NCBI GenBank assembly: GCA_963846575.1
Contig: CAWJWJ010000001.1
Location: 224,001-288,000, forward strand
Length of the DNA stretch: 64,000 nucleotides
Origin: an uncultured Nitrospiraceae bacterium
GTDB lineage: Bacteria; Nitrospirota; Nitrospiria; Nitrospirales; Nitrospiraceae
Direction of reading: 5' to 3'
The notes beneath the pieces were generated by a model. The model was not told the origin of the DNA, made no database searches, and saw only the letters and a list, made by a program, of their open reading frames with translations. Every line of letters begins with the position of its first letter. Positions within the stretch are counted from its first letter, which is position 1. Both the position numbers and the translations under genes were made by a program. Below, in pieces: positions 1 through 9,737 of the stretch.

Positions 1-1
1 T

Positions 2-145
2 GATGCCAGCCAGCGCATGGCGGAGCATCGGATCCGGCATCTGGCCGTCACGGAAAACGGAAAAACCGTCGGCGTGCTGTCGATCCGGGATCTGGTGAAA
101 ATGGTCTCGATCCGCGACCGCCCGGAGTTTTTACGTCGAGGGTGA
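2..145 (+). CDS. CBS domain protein, 3' end (5'-truncated by window edge)
   Basis: Frame 2 reads DASQRMAEHRIRHLAVTENGKTVGVLSIRDLV...RRG*, a typical CBS motif (IRHLxV...VGxLSxRDL). Confidence 0.8.
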   Translation, partial: DASQRMAEHRIRHLAVTENGKTVGVLSIRDLVKMVSIRDRPEFLRRG

Positions 146-179
146 TGCGCCGGCCCGGCAGGTTCACAGCGGCTGCGGA

Positions 180-1433
180 CTACTGATGAGGACGAGGGAC
201 ACAGGACCTGGCATCCTGCACATGATAGTTCCCTCGTGCGACGACCGGATACAGGGAAAAGGCCGGAGTGTCGGCCGGCAGCAGGGCGGTCGTGACTCCG
301 GGCAGGAGTTGCAGATGCATGTTGATGAAATTGAAGCTGAGCCCCTGTTGCCAGGGTTGGGTCCCGGCGCCGGCGTAGGCCGCGATCTTTTCAGTGGCAT
401 AGGTTCTGGTCAACAGACCCGCTCCACCCTGCAATCCATATTCATGGAGATCGGGTGCCCCCTGGATGAGCAGAGAGACGGCGCTCGCATCGAACCAGAC
501 CTTGATGTTGCACCCGATCTGCACGTAGGGGCCCAGGCTGTTGGTGCCCTCCAGAAAGGCCCGGGGCAATCCGACCTCGAAGGGCACGTCCTCCGCGACC
601 GGTCGATCGACGGTGCCGAGATTCTGCTTCTGCATAGGGGACACCGACACGAACAGGAGGTGGGGATCCGAGAGATCCACGTCCAGGACTTGATCATCGT
701 AATAACTGACCAGCCGCCCCATCTCATAGCGCAGTGGAAATGAATACCCGGTCTTCGCGTACCAGATGCGCAGGCCTCCCTCCAGCGGCTCTTCCGGCAA
801 CCGGCTGATCTTGAGATCGAAGGGCAGCATCACGTGCCACGTGCCCGTACGAGCCTGCACGAAGGGCGCGCAGGCGCCGGGAAACTCCTTTGCCACGGCC
901 GGATTCTCCGGTTCGAAGACGCGGGTCTGGCTCGAAAAATTCTGCGCCGTCTTGGCTTCCTTGGACAGCCGGTACTTCTGCTGGTAATAGAGTGCGGCAC
1001 GTTGCTGGGCGATCGACAGGAAGTAGTCCGGCATATCGGTTTCAACAACGATGCGCTGGCGCATGGGGATCCCCGGCTCCGCTCGCGAACGCTCCGGTTT
1101 CAAGGCCGCGTTGTAGACGTCGAGTTCGGTGGTGAGCCGCTGCATTTCCTGATGGATTTCCCGGGCCAGGACCGGATCATAGATGTGGGTTCGGGACAGG
1201 AGATCGGAGGCCTTCTGCAGGCAATCGAGCTTGTGACCGTACCGTTTCGGTTCATCAGCGAACGCCTCGGCAGTGGCCATGAACAGGTTGAATTCTTCTT
1301 CCGGCGTCAGGCCCAGCTTGGGGAAACTGTGATCCTTGATGAAGGCGAACGCCAGCGGGCCGAACGACTCTGCCCTACGGATGCAGAGGGTCAGGAGAAA
1401 ATTATAATGGGCCCGTGCTTCTTCCGGGGTCAT
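180..1433 (-). CDS. Hypothetical protein: N-terminal helical region plus possible dUTPase-like/DUF6065-like beta domain
   Basis: 417 aa ORF with RBS-like GGGAGAG upstream; motifs CAPFVQARTGTWHVMLPFD and LLPADTPAFSLYP. Confidence 0.75.
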   Translation of the reverse strand: MTPEEARAHYNFLLTLCIRRAESFGPLAFAFIKDHSFPKLGLTPEEEFNLFMATAEAFADEPKRYGHKLDCLQKASDLLSRTHIYDPVLAREIHQEMQRLTTELDVYNAALKPERSRAEPGIPMRQRIVVETDMPDYFLSIAQQRAALYYQQKYRLSKEAKTAQNFSSQTRVFEPENPAVAKEFPGACAPFVQARTGTWHVMLPFDLKISRLPEEPLEGGLRIWYAKTGYSFPLRYEMGRLVSYYDDQVLDVDLSDPHLLFVSVSPMQKQNLGTVDRPVAEDVPFEVGLPRAFLEGTNSLGPYVQIGCNIKVWFDASAVSLLIQGAPDLHEYGLQGGAGLLTRTYATEKIAAYAGAGTQPWQQGLSFNFINMHLQLLPGVTTALLPADTPAFSLYPVVARGNYHVQDARSCVPRPHQ

Positions 1434-1702
1434 GGTGCAGGCTCTCCCGTGGGGATTCTATCGAGAGGACCGAATTGCTACAAGGGGGGTTGCAGTCGTC
1501 CGCCCGTACCGGGAGGCATCACGGCCTCCGGAACGCGCTGATAGAACGCGGCCTTCGTCGCGCGCCCCTGGACTGCCGATCTCCACGTTTTCATTGCACC
1601 GCATCGTCCGGAACGGTAGACTTCGCCGACATCCCTGTATGCCGCACAGTCTCGCATGACAGATCTGACCCCTCCCCTTCTCTTTTATGAACGGAGTTGC
1701 TG

Positions 1703-2458
1703 ATGTTGGAATGGCTGGCCAATCCTGAAATTTGGATCGCCTTGGGGACCCTCACGGCCCTGGAAATCGTGCTCGGAATCGACAACATTATCTTTCTCTC
1801 GGTACTCGTGAGCCGCCTTCCCGAACCCCAACGCGCCGTCGCACGCCGGGTAGGCCTCGGCCTCGCCATGATGGCGAGACTGGGACTCTTATTCTCAATT
1901 TCCTGGGTCATGGGACTGACGAAACCCTGGGTGACGATCCTCGGTCAGGGCATTTCCGGACGCGACTTGATCCTCATCGGGGGCGGGTTGTTTCTCATGG
2001 CCAAGGCTACGCACGAGATTCATAACAGCCTGGAGGGCGTCGAGGAGCAGGGTATGCCGGTCGCCGCGTCCAGCCTGGGCATGGTACTCATTCAGATCGC
2101 GCTCCTGGACATCGTCTTTTCGCTGGATTCAGTGATCACGGCGGTCGGTCTGGTCGACCATGTCTCCATCATGGCCATCGCCATCATCCTGGCCGTGATC
2201 GTGATGTTGATGGCAGCCAAGGCCATCGGCGATTTTGTCGATGCGCATCCCACGATCAAAATCCTCGCCTTGTCGTTTCTGATCCTCGTGGGCGTCACGC
2301 TGATGGTAGAGGGGTTCGATGTGCACGTGCCGAAAGGCTATATCTATTTCTCCATGGCCTTCTCCGTCACGGTCGAAATGCTGAACATCCGCATGCGACA
2401 AAAACGGAAAATTCCGATCAAACTTCACAGCCGCTATGGGGAGGATCGACGCCCGTAA
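1703..2458 (+). CDS. TerC family integral membrane protein
   Basis: LTALEIVLGIDNIIF and DIVFSLDSVITAVG TerC signatures; GGAG RBS at 1693. Confidence 0.93.
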   Translation: MLEWLANPEIWIALGTLTALEIVLGIDNIIFLSVLVSRLPEPQRAVARRVGLGLAMMARLGLLFSISWVMGLTKPWVTILGQGISGRDLILIGGGLFLMAKATHEIHNSLEGVEEQGMPVAASSLGMVLIQIALLDIVFSLDSVITAVGLVDHVSIMAIAIILAVIVMLMAAKAIGDFVDAHPTIKILALSFLILVGVTLMVEGFDVHVPKGYIYFSMAFSVTVEMLNIRMRQKRKIPIKLHSRYGEDRRP

Positions 2459-2533
2459 CGGGATCGCGCCGAAGGACATCGCGGACTCGACGACACCCTC
2501 ACCGAGCTGCCAGACCACATCCTGAGCGGGACC

Positions 2534-3088
2534 TCACTCCCCGTGAATACCTTCCGGCACGGAGAGCAGGTAGTTCGCGTCGGTTGATTCCTCCCACGTT
2601 CCGCCCGACTGGGACTGGCCCGTCGTCCATCCCCGCATGAACAGCAAGGTGAGCATCGGCTCCCTGGATGGGCCGATGGGAGAGGCGACCTGCTTCTGAT
2701 CCAGCACTCGGCCCACGACCGTCACCCTCGCCCAGCCTTTCCAGTGGTGAGGCAACGTGGAGCTATCCGACACCAGCACCCAATAGTATCCCGCTTCGAG
2801 GCCGCGGTTATCCGTCGGACGATGCGGTCGATAGTCCTTGTCCAAGGGTCTGTTCCTCAGGTGCAGCCAGAGGCGCGGACCGTCCTGCTTCTGATCGACC
2901 ACCACCCCGCCGAGGATGACGGTCTTGCCCTGGTAGGCGTCGGGTGACTCAGCCAAGGAGGTCAACGTCACCCCCGGCTCCGCCTGCCGCACGTATCGTG
3001 AGGGCAGGGAACTGCATCCCCCCAGGAGAACAAGCCACAGACCTGCCACGAGCGTTCGAGTGAGATGCGATGTCAAATCCGCCTCCAT
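2534..3088 (-). CDS. Slp family outer membrane lipoprotein
   Basis: Lipobox LGGC; YQGKTVILGG, RPLDKDYRP and VTVVGRV motifs. Confidence 0.8.
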   Translation of the reverse strand: MEADLTSHLTRTLVAGLWLVLLGGCSSLPSRYVRQAEPGVTLTSLAESPDAYQGKTVILGGVVVDQKQDGPRLWLHLRNRPLDKDYRPHRPTDNRGLEAGYYWVLVSDSSTLPHHWKGWARVTVVGRVLDQKQVASPIGPSREPMLTLLFMRGWTTGQSQSGGTWEESTDANYLLSVPEGIHGE

Positions 3089-3113
3089 TCTATCCCTGTC
3101 CGGTGCGTTGCCA

Positions 3114-3923
3114 TCACGCCTGTCCCGGCATCCAGCCGCTGAGAGCACAGCGTCGCGCTATCAATGGTTTCATGCTCGCAAGATCATGCGAGACGACGGT
3201 CATCAGCTCGTCAGCCACCCGCGCGTCGTCGAAACATTCGTACGCATCGTCGAGAAAGCCGCCCCGCAAGAGCGGATGATAGAGAAACTGCGATCCCGGT
3301 CCACTGACGACTTCGAGAGGCCGCTCGACGACGTCGATCCGCTCGAGATTCAACCGCTCCAGCCACCCCCTTGCTTCCTCCGCCGATGGCCGCTCCGCGA
3401 CATGGGCCGCGAGTCGTTCCCTCTCCTTCGTGAGGCCCCGCCGGCCCATCTCCTGATCGATGCGCTGCCAGATCGATTCGAACGTGCCCAGCGAAGGGAA
3501 GGTCAACACGATCTGGCCGCCGGGTTCCAAATGCCGGATCAGCCCGCTGACCGCCTCGAAACGATGGGGCCGGAAGAACATGACGGAGAGATTGCCCGTG
3601 ATTCGCTGGAAGGTGGGAAAGGAGTCCGGCAGGGCTCTCATATCGAGACATTCGAAGCGGAGCCAGGGCAGCTCGTTCCGTTGAACGGCACGCGCGCTCG
3701 CCAACTGGCCCCGACTGGCATCGATGCCGACGACCGTTCCGGTCGGGCCGACCTGTTCCGCCAGGTAAAACGCGGGAATGCCGTGGCCTGAGGCGACATC
3801 GAGAATTCTCAGACCGGGACGCAAATCTAATTGGTCCAACAAGACTTCGGCAAAGGGCCTGGACCAGTCATCCTGTTGAGGGAGGGGCCAGCGGGGCGTG
3901 ATGGAAGGCGGAGACCCGTTCAT
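3114..3923 (-). CDS. Class I SAM-dependent methyltransferase
   Basis: ILDVASGHG motif I, VVGID, LEPGGQIV. Confidence 0.9.
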   Translation of the reverse strand: MNGSPPSITPRWPLPQQDDWSRPFAEVLLDQLDLRPGLRILDVASGHGIPAFYLAEQVGPTGTVVGIDASRGQLASARAVQRNELPWLRFECLDMRALPDSFPTFQRITGNLSVMFFRPHRFEAVSGLIRHLEPGGQIVLTFPSLGTFESIWQRIDQEMGRRGLTKERERLAAHVAERPSAEEARGWLERLNLERIDVVERPLEVVSGPGSQFLYHPLLRGGFLDDAYECFDDARVADELMTVVSHDLASMKPLIARRCALSGWMPGQA

Positions 3924-4041
3924 GGAATTCCTTTCGCGAGATCGTCATCGGTCCCACATGGTCGTGTTCAGATCCCGGGACCCCGGCGAGACGTCACCGG
4001 CCCGCATGATCGTAGGACCGGACGAAGCCCGGTCCGCAGGG

Positions 4042-5055
4042 TTACTTGATGCCGATCACCATCGAATCCGGTCCTGCCAACTTTTCCACCGTCGTTCGCT
4101 TGAAACCGGCTTCTTTCATCCACCGCTTACAATCCGCCCCGGTGAAATCGAATCCTCCGTGCGTCTCGATGAGCATGTTCAGACTCATCAGGAGTCCGAA
4201 GGCGTTTTGTTTGCGAGCATCGTCGATGAGGGCTTCATGCACGATCACCGCTCCGCCCGACGGCAGCGCCTCGTAGGCTTTGCGTAGGAGCATCATCTTT
4301 TCATCGAGGTCCCAATCATGAAGAATGTGTCCCATGATCAGGACATCGGTCTTGGGTAGCGGATCTTTAAAGAAGTCCCCCGGATGGAACGTCAACCGCT
4401 TCTCGACCTTTTTCGTTCGGGCATAAACGTCAAACACCGGCTGCACGACAGGGAGATCCATGCCCTGCCCGGTCAGATGCTTCTGCGCCAGGGCGATCTC
4501 GACCGCCACGCCGCCCTGCGCGCACCCGACATCGGCGAAGGAACGATATTTCTTCCAGGGAAACTTTCGTGCAATGGCCCTGGCCGTCCCCTGGCTGAGG
4601 CCGGTCATGGCCTTGAGAAACCCTTCGAGACGCTGAGGGTCGCCGTAGAGCGTGCGGAAGAAGTCTTCGCCCGTCTTCACCTCATTCTGCGGCTTGCCGG
4701 TGCGAAGCCCTTCCGTGAGCGATCCCCAGAACCGATAGAGCCGGGCATTGGACATCTCCAACATGCCGCCGACATAGGAGGGTTTGGTCCGGTCCAGAAA
4801 GAGGGCCGTCTCGCGGGTATTGGCATACCGCGTCCCGACTCGTTTGAGCATACCGAGCGCCACCAAGGCGTCGAAGAAGTCCCTTGCGCTTCGCGGATGC
4901 AGTTCCAGCCGTTTGGTCAATGCCCCGGCATCGAGCGGCTTTTTGGCCAACTCCGTGAACAGACCGAGCTCTACGGCGCTGAGCAAGGTCTTCGAGCCCC
5001 AGAATCCGATCCCCAGTCGCATGATTCCATCGGGAGTGATTGCGCGAGTCGCCAT
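4042..5055 (-). CDS. O-methyltransferase with N-terminal dimerisation domain
   Basis: [39 protein letters not shown]. Confidence 0.92.
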   Translation of the reverse strand: MATRAITPDGIMRLGIGFWGSKTLLSAVELGLFTELAKKPLDAGALTKRLELHPRSARDFFDALVALGMLKRVGTRYANTRETALFLDRTKPSYVGGMLEMSNARLYRFWGSLTEGLRTGKPQNEVKTGEDFFRTLYGDPQRLEGFLKAMTGLSQGTARAIARKFPWKKYRSFADVGCAQGGVAVEIALAQKHLTGQGMDLPVVQPVFDVYARTKKVEKRLTFHPGDFFKDPLPKTDVLIMGHILHDWDLDEKMMLLRKAYEALPSGGAVIVHEALIDDARKQNAFGLLMSLNMLIETHGGFDFTGADCKRWMKEAGFKRTTVEKLAGPDSMVIGIK

Positions 5056-5246
5056 GATTGCATTCCTTTCAGAAGAGGAGAAAAAACCCACAGAGGCTAC
5101 GTCGCGCGCGGATTCCTGTCAACTGATCCCTTTTCGCCGCCGGGCGAGCCGGTGCCGGACCGCCTGGCCGGGGATTCGCCTAGTTACCACCGACCGCTCT
5201 TACTGCCTAAATTAGGGTCACGTTGGATGAGGTGCCAGGTACGACG

Positions 5247-5918
5247 ATGAAGATATCCAGGCTGCTGCAAACAATTCTCGGCATCGCGCTGCTTGCCGGC
5301 TGCTCGACCACCTATGAGCCGCACCTCATTTTGCCGCCCTCCACCTTCGATCGGTCGATCGACGCCAGCGTGGAGGTCCATCCCTTCCAGGCCTCCGAGG
5401 ACCTCGTTTCGGGCCATTCCCCCTATGGGGTCGTCGCTGAGGACTACGAGAACAAAACGCCGTCGCAGTTGAATCACGCCCTCACGGAGCAGGTTGTGAC
5501 CGAACTGTCAGCCAACCATGTATTCCGCAAGGTGAGTACCTACGAACCAGACCCGGATTTGATCCTCACGGGACGGATCGAGCAGTTTTTTGAACATGAC
5601 CGCCGCAAGCTCTGGACATTTTTTCCTTACTACTCGGATAAAATCGCCGGCCTCTTCCGGGTGAACACCTACAAGACGAATGGAGAAATTCGTCTCACGA
5701 TGATCCTGCTGAAGCCCTCGGGTGAAGTGGTCGGATCCTATACCGGCCGGGTCCAGTTTGACGAAGATTACACGCCCAACGGGGAGGTACGCCCGGGCGA
5801 TCGTCTCAATCGCGCGTTAGGACAGGCCCTGGCTCAGATACGCGACGACATGTTCGCCGACGCAGCCCTCCCGAAGACCCGGAAGCCGGCACCTCTCGCT
5901 CGTCAGCAGCCGTCCTGA
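5247..5918 (+). CDS. Hypothetical lipoprotein
   Basis: Signal peptide with lipobox LLAGC; PDLILTGRI motif; GAGG RBS. Confidence 0.75.
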   Translation: MKISRLLQTILGIALLAGCSTTYEPHLILPPSTFDRSIDASVEVHPFQASEDLVSGHSPYGVVAEDYENKTPSQLNHALTEQVVTELSANHVFRKVSTYEPDPDLILTGRIEQFFEHDRRKLWTFFPYYSDKIAGLFRVNTYKTNGEIRLTMILLKPSGEVVGSYTGRVQFDEDYTPNGEVRPGDRLNRALGQALAQIRDDMFADAALPKTRKPAPLARQQPS

Positions 5919-5970
5919 TAGACGTGAACCTGCCTGCGTGATGTCGCGGCATGACTGCGCATCCGACTGC

Positions 5971-6171
5971 CTACTCCCCGCTCGCTTCCAATTCTTGGAC
6001 CACAAGTCGTTCGGCTGTCGCCCCGGCGGCGGGTGCCACTGTAGGGGTGCTCTGTCCGCTGACCTGAACGAGGGAGAATACGTTTACCTTCGGCGTCGGA
6101 GGTGCGCAAGCCTCCAGCAACAAAAGGATCATCAAATCGAAGAACAGGACCATGACGGCGGCGCGTGTCAT
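5971..6171 (-). CDS. Small hypothetical protein, possibly a lipoprotein (66 aa)
   Basis: Strong RBS AAAGGAGGAG before ATG; hydrophobic N-terminus ending LLEAC. Confidence 0.4.
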   Translation of the reverse strand: MTRAAVMVLFFDLMILLLLEACAPPTPKVNVFSLVQVSGQSTPTVAPAAGATAERLVVQELEASGE

Positions 6172-6525
6172 TGTCTCCTCCTTTCCGATGGCCTTGTCGG
6201 ACATCGTTCCACCGATGGCCATAGCCGTGCCCCGGGAGCCCCGCTGATGGCATGATAGCACCGGGGGAGTCCTGTGCCTCTGCCTCCCGCACACACGGTC
6301 CGGGGCCGCGTAGCGGAAAAATTCTGCACCCTTCCCTTGCCACTGACGCAAATCTCCACAGTGGTTGGCCCGATCCGCTTTGCAGGGGACGTGATGGCGA
6401 CAACAGCGCGGCACGGTCCGGGTTACCCCGTGAGGCTCCATCTTTCCACAGGTTCCACTCGTAAATTGAGCCTCAGGAGTGCGCGGCTCTCCAACTTTTG
6501 CCCCACGGCCTTCGAAAGTTCTTAC

Positions 6526-6541
6526 TGGCACCAGGCTTGCT
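6526..6541 (+). promoter_or_regulatory. Sigma-54 (-24/-12) promoter
   Basis: TGGCAC-CAGGC-TTGCT matches the consensus, about 65 bp upstream of the CBS gene. Confidence 0.7.
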
Positions 6542-6606
6542 CCCTCATCCGGAGGTTCCGCCGGTCATTGTTGCGCCCGCTACGAGGGCTGACGAGGGAG
6601 GGTCCC

Positions 6607-7044
6607 ATGAGAGCCACAGAATACTTCGTGCATGGCTGTGACCCGAAAACATTGGTCGTCCGTCAGATCATGGAAGATGCCGTTGTGCAGGTGAGTCCGG
6701 CCTCAAGTGCCATGGCCGTCGCAGAACTCCTGAGCGAGCAGCATTTCGGCAGCGTGCCGGTGACCGAGCCGGACGGAACATTACGGGGATTGGTGACGGA
6801 GTTCGATCTCTTGAAGGCGGTCGAACAGGACAAAGATCTCCGACAGGTCCCGGTGTCCGACATCATGACTCGCGAGGTGGTCACCACTACGGAAGACATG
6901 TCATTGATGAATGTGATCCATCTTCTGCAAGAACGGCATCTCATCCGCGTACCGGTTGTGAGGGGCCGCAAGCTGGTAGGCATGGTGGCACGCCGTGATG
7001 TCGTGTTCGGATACGTCAAGTCGCAAGCCGTATACTGGCCATAG
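6607..7044 (+). CDS. CBS-pair protein
   Basis: FGSVPV...GLVTEFDLL and LIRVPVV...GMVARRD; GGGAGG RBS. Confidence 0.9.
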   Translation: MRATEYFVHGCDPKTLVVRQIMEDAVVQVSPASSAMAVAELLSEQHFGSVPVTEPDGTLRGLVTEFDLLKAVEQDKDLRQVPVSDIMTREVVTTTEDMSLMNVIHLLQERHLIRVPVVRGRKLVGMVARRDVVFGYVKSQAVYWP

Positions 7045-7133
7045 ACGTCGCTCCATCACTCGCAGGGAACTCTTCACGCAGCTCTCAACCGGCCCCCGGG
7101 AGATACCGGGTCATCCCGGAACGGATCTTCCCG

Positions 7134-7328
7134 TCACAACGGCCCGGCAGAAACATCCTGGCGCCGCCGATGTGTTGAGTCGGCGATGATTTCGCCGCAT
7201 TCCGCACAGCGGACCTTCTCGATTTCTTGTCCCGTTTCAGTGCGGATCCGGTCAACGAGTCGCTTATGCAGACAGGCGGTAGAAGCGGGAACCACGGCGA
7301 GGCAAGGATCAATGTGTGGAGTATGCAT
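7134..7328 (-). CDS. Small protein with putative Zn-binding residues (CLH...CAECG)
   Basis: GGAGGT RBS before ATG; 64 aa. Confidence 0.55.
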   Translation of the reverse strand: MHTPHIDPCLAVVPASTACLHKRLVDRIRTETGQEIEKVRCAECGEIIADSTHRRRQDVSAGPL

Positions 7329-7507
7329 GGAGACCTCCAGCGCTATCTCGTGGCGCGGATCATAACAAAAGTTCACATCCGCATCCATGGGAAATACGGG
7401 GAAAAGCGGCCCGTCGCAGCTCCCCTAGATGCTGGTGCGCCGGCGAACCTTCACCCCATATATTGAGGAGAGAAGGTGGATCGAATCGAAACCTGACAGG
7501 CGAAACT

Positions 7508-8161
7508 TCACTCAGCAGACAACGGATTCGAAGGCTTGGACTTGAGGACGGCGAAGGCCGCCACCATCGTGAAGAGGGCCCCGGCGAACGCGGCCAGCAT
7601 ATCCTTCTGCGCATCCCACTCATCGCCTTGCGTCCCGAGGTACATGCTGCCTAATTCAGGACTGACAATCATCGCCACCGCCGCTTCGATCACTTCGAAA
7701 AATCCGCTCTGAGCCAGAATCCCGCTGGCCGGCAGATAATAGGACCACAAGCCCTTGATACCGGCCAGCCGAACGAGTAATTCGCGAAGGGGATAGACGA
7801 GCAGCAGGCCGTAGGCGAAATGCGCAATCCGGTCGAACGGATTCCGGCTTAAATCCAGCATATCCTGCAGCCAGAATCCCGCGGGAACTTTCGCATAGGT
7901 GTAATGGGCACCGATCGCATGGAACACCAGGAACAGCGCAATGAGGCAGTAGGATGTCAGGGACAAAGTGAAGCGCCGATAGGACAGAACCAGCACCGCT
8001 ACGAATCCTACGGCCAAGATATTTTCGAGGAGCCAATCCTGACGGTCGACCGGATCCACGGCCAGCGCGGCCCAGAACAGCCCATAGGCCAGCAACAGCC
8101 CGATCAGCACGTTCCGGTGATCTTCTCTCGCGTTGCCCTGGCCGGTCTTCTCGACAACCAT
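7508..8161 (-). CDS. DUF2238 (YjdF-like) membrane protein
   Basis: DWLLEN, HYTYAKVP, RNPFDRIAH, GTQGDEWDAQKD. Confidence 0.9.
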   Translation of the reverse strand: MVVEKTGQGNAREDHRNVLIGLLLAYGLFWAALAVDPVDRQDWLLENILAVGFVAVLVLSYRRFTLSLTSYCLIALFLVFHAIGAHYTYAKVPAGFWLQDMLDLSRNPFDRIAHFAYGLLLVYPLRELLVRLAGIKGLWSYYLPASGILAQSGFFEVIEAAVAMIVSPELGSMYLGTQGDEWDAQKDMLAAFAGALFTMVAAFAVLKSKPSNPLSAE

Positions 8162-8171
8162 ATCGTCCAGA

Positions 8172-8810
8172 CTACTCTGAAAGCGCCGCCTCGGATTCCA
8201 GCATCGACTCCGCCCCTCGTAACGCGCGCACGATTAAGAGCAGCGTCATGCAGATCAACGCGCCGTACAAAGCGGCGGCCATATCCTTCTGCGCATCCCA
8301 GATATCTCCCTGCGAACCTAAGTAGGTGATCCCCAGATCCGGGTGCAACGCACTGGCGACCCAGGACTCGATGATCTCCCAGAGTCCGCTCAATCCCAGG
8401 ACCGTCATCACGGGCAGATAATACAACACCCATCCCCGCACGCGGGCACTGATACGAAACAACTCCTCCATGGGATAGGCCATCAGGAAACCGAAACTGA
8501 AATGTACGATCCGGTCGAAGTGATTGCGTCCGAGATGGAACACCTGGTCCATCCACAAACCGACCGGCACCTCCGCATACGTATAATGTACGCCGATGGT
8601 GTGCAACGTGAGAAACGCGGTAATGAGGGCGTAGGAGACGTGAGACAAGGGCAGGATTCGATGAGTGACGACCAGCATGACCACAAAAACCGCCGGCAGA
8701 ATGCTCGCGATCAGCCAGAATTGAGGATCGACGGGCGCTTGTGCCATCCACACCGACACCAGCACATACCAGGATAACAGACCGATCGACACAATCTTGT
8801 TGCGACCCAC
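8172..8810 (-). CDS. DUF2238 (YjdF-like) membrane protein, tandem paralog
   Basis: HYTYAEVP, RNHFDRIVH, GSQGDIWDAQKD; AAAGGAG RBS and GTG start. Confidence 0.9.
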   Translation of the reverse strand: MGRNKIVSIGLLSWYVLVSVWMAQAPVDPQFWLIASILPAVFVVMLVVTHRILPLSHVSYALITAFLTLHTIGVHYTYAEVPVGLWMDQVFHLGRNHFDRIVHFSFGFLMAYPMEELFRISARVRGWVLYYLPVMTVLGLSGLWEIIESWVASALHPDLGITYLGSQGDIWDAQKDMAAALYGALICMTLLLIVRALRGAESMLESEAALSE

Positions 8811-8978
8811 CGTCGGAGCTCCTTTGTGAATGTTGTAACAGGGCGGAACGCGCCGGTTACAGGCAGGGGACGGCAGACCTTATTACTCTACTGGATGGGA
8901 GGGCCTGCTGCAACCGCCGCTCGATGGGGTCGCCCGGCACAGAGCGGGAACAGTCGCAGCAGATCAGGTCACAACCCC

Positions 8979-9377
8979 TCACGAACCTCGGGGAGCGGAT
9001 CGGCGTTGCGACGCCGCCAGCGCAGCGGTGATCGCGGTCTTCTTGCGGAGGCGTTCGCCGGCCGCAACCGTCCGCTGCAGGTCTTTTGAGGTCTTCGACG
9101 TGTCGGGAGCGGCGGCTTGCCGCTGCCCTTCCTTCATCGCGCGGGTCACCGTGTCCTTCTTGCGTTGACGTTGTGCCGATTCAACGGTCCGCTGCAATGC
9201 GGGGGCGTTGGGTGATGTGCCTGCCGCCGCCTTTCGTTGGGATGCCTCCATCGCATTCGTGATGGTAGCCTTCTGCTGCTGCCGTTTTGCGAGCGACACC
9301 TTTCGCCCCAGCGCGCCGCTTTGGGGAGCCTTCTTGTTACCTGGCTTGGCCGGTGAGGTTCCTTTGCGTGCTTTCAT
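8979..9377 (-). CDS. Basic Ala/Lys/Arg/Gln-rich protein with three ~39-aa repeats
   Basis: AAAGGAGA RBS; 132 aa; repeats begin near L23, L61 and L100. Confidence 0.7.
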   Translation of the reverse strand: MKARKGTSPAKPGNKKAPQSGALGRKVSLAKRQQQKATITNAMEASQRKAAAGTSPNAPALQRTVESAQRQRKKDTVTRAMKEGQRQAAAPDTSKTSKDLQRTVAAGERLRKKTAITAALAASQRRSAPRGS

Positions 9378-9737
9378 GAACGAATCTCCTTTCCCTGATG
9401 AATGATTCGAACTTCGCCGCTTGAGCGAAGCCGCGATAGGCGGTGACCACCTGTTCCAATGACCGGCAACCATAGGACCCATATTGGTTTCGACAGACGG
9501 CCCCGCCGCACACCCGGGCAGCGGGCGGCACTGCGTCCGGGACTGTCTATCGCGTCGGCATTATAACAAGGCCGGGCGGTTGCTGAACGATCAATCGTAG
9601 GGTTGGGAAGGACGCTACACGGCATGGCCCGGCAAAGGCTGCTGCTCGGTGCACGCCCTACTCATGCGATGGCGGCGCGACGATCGAGATCAGGTCTGGG
9701 CACGGTCAGGTCGAGACGGTGCGGGAAGGGATTGAGG

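Noticed and set aside
1560..1700. yybP-ykoY Mn riboswitch expected upstream of a TerC gene
   Set aside because: I could not find the GGGGAGUA-type and GAGACC-type conserved strands; an Rfam scan would settle it
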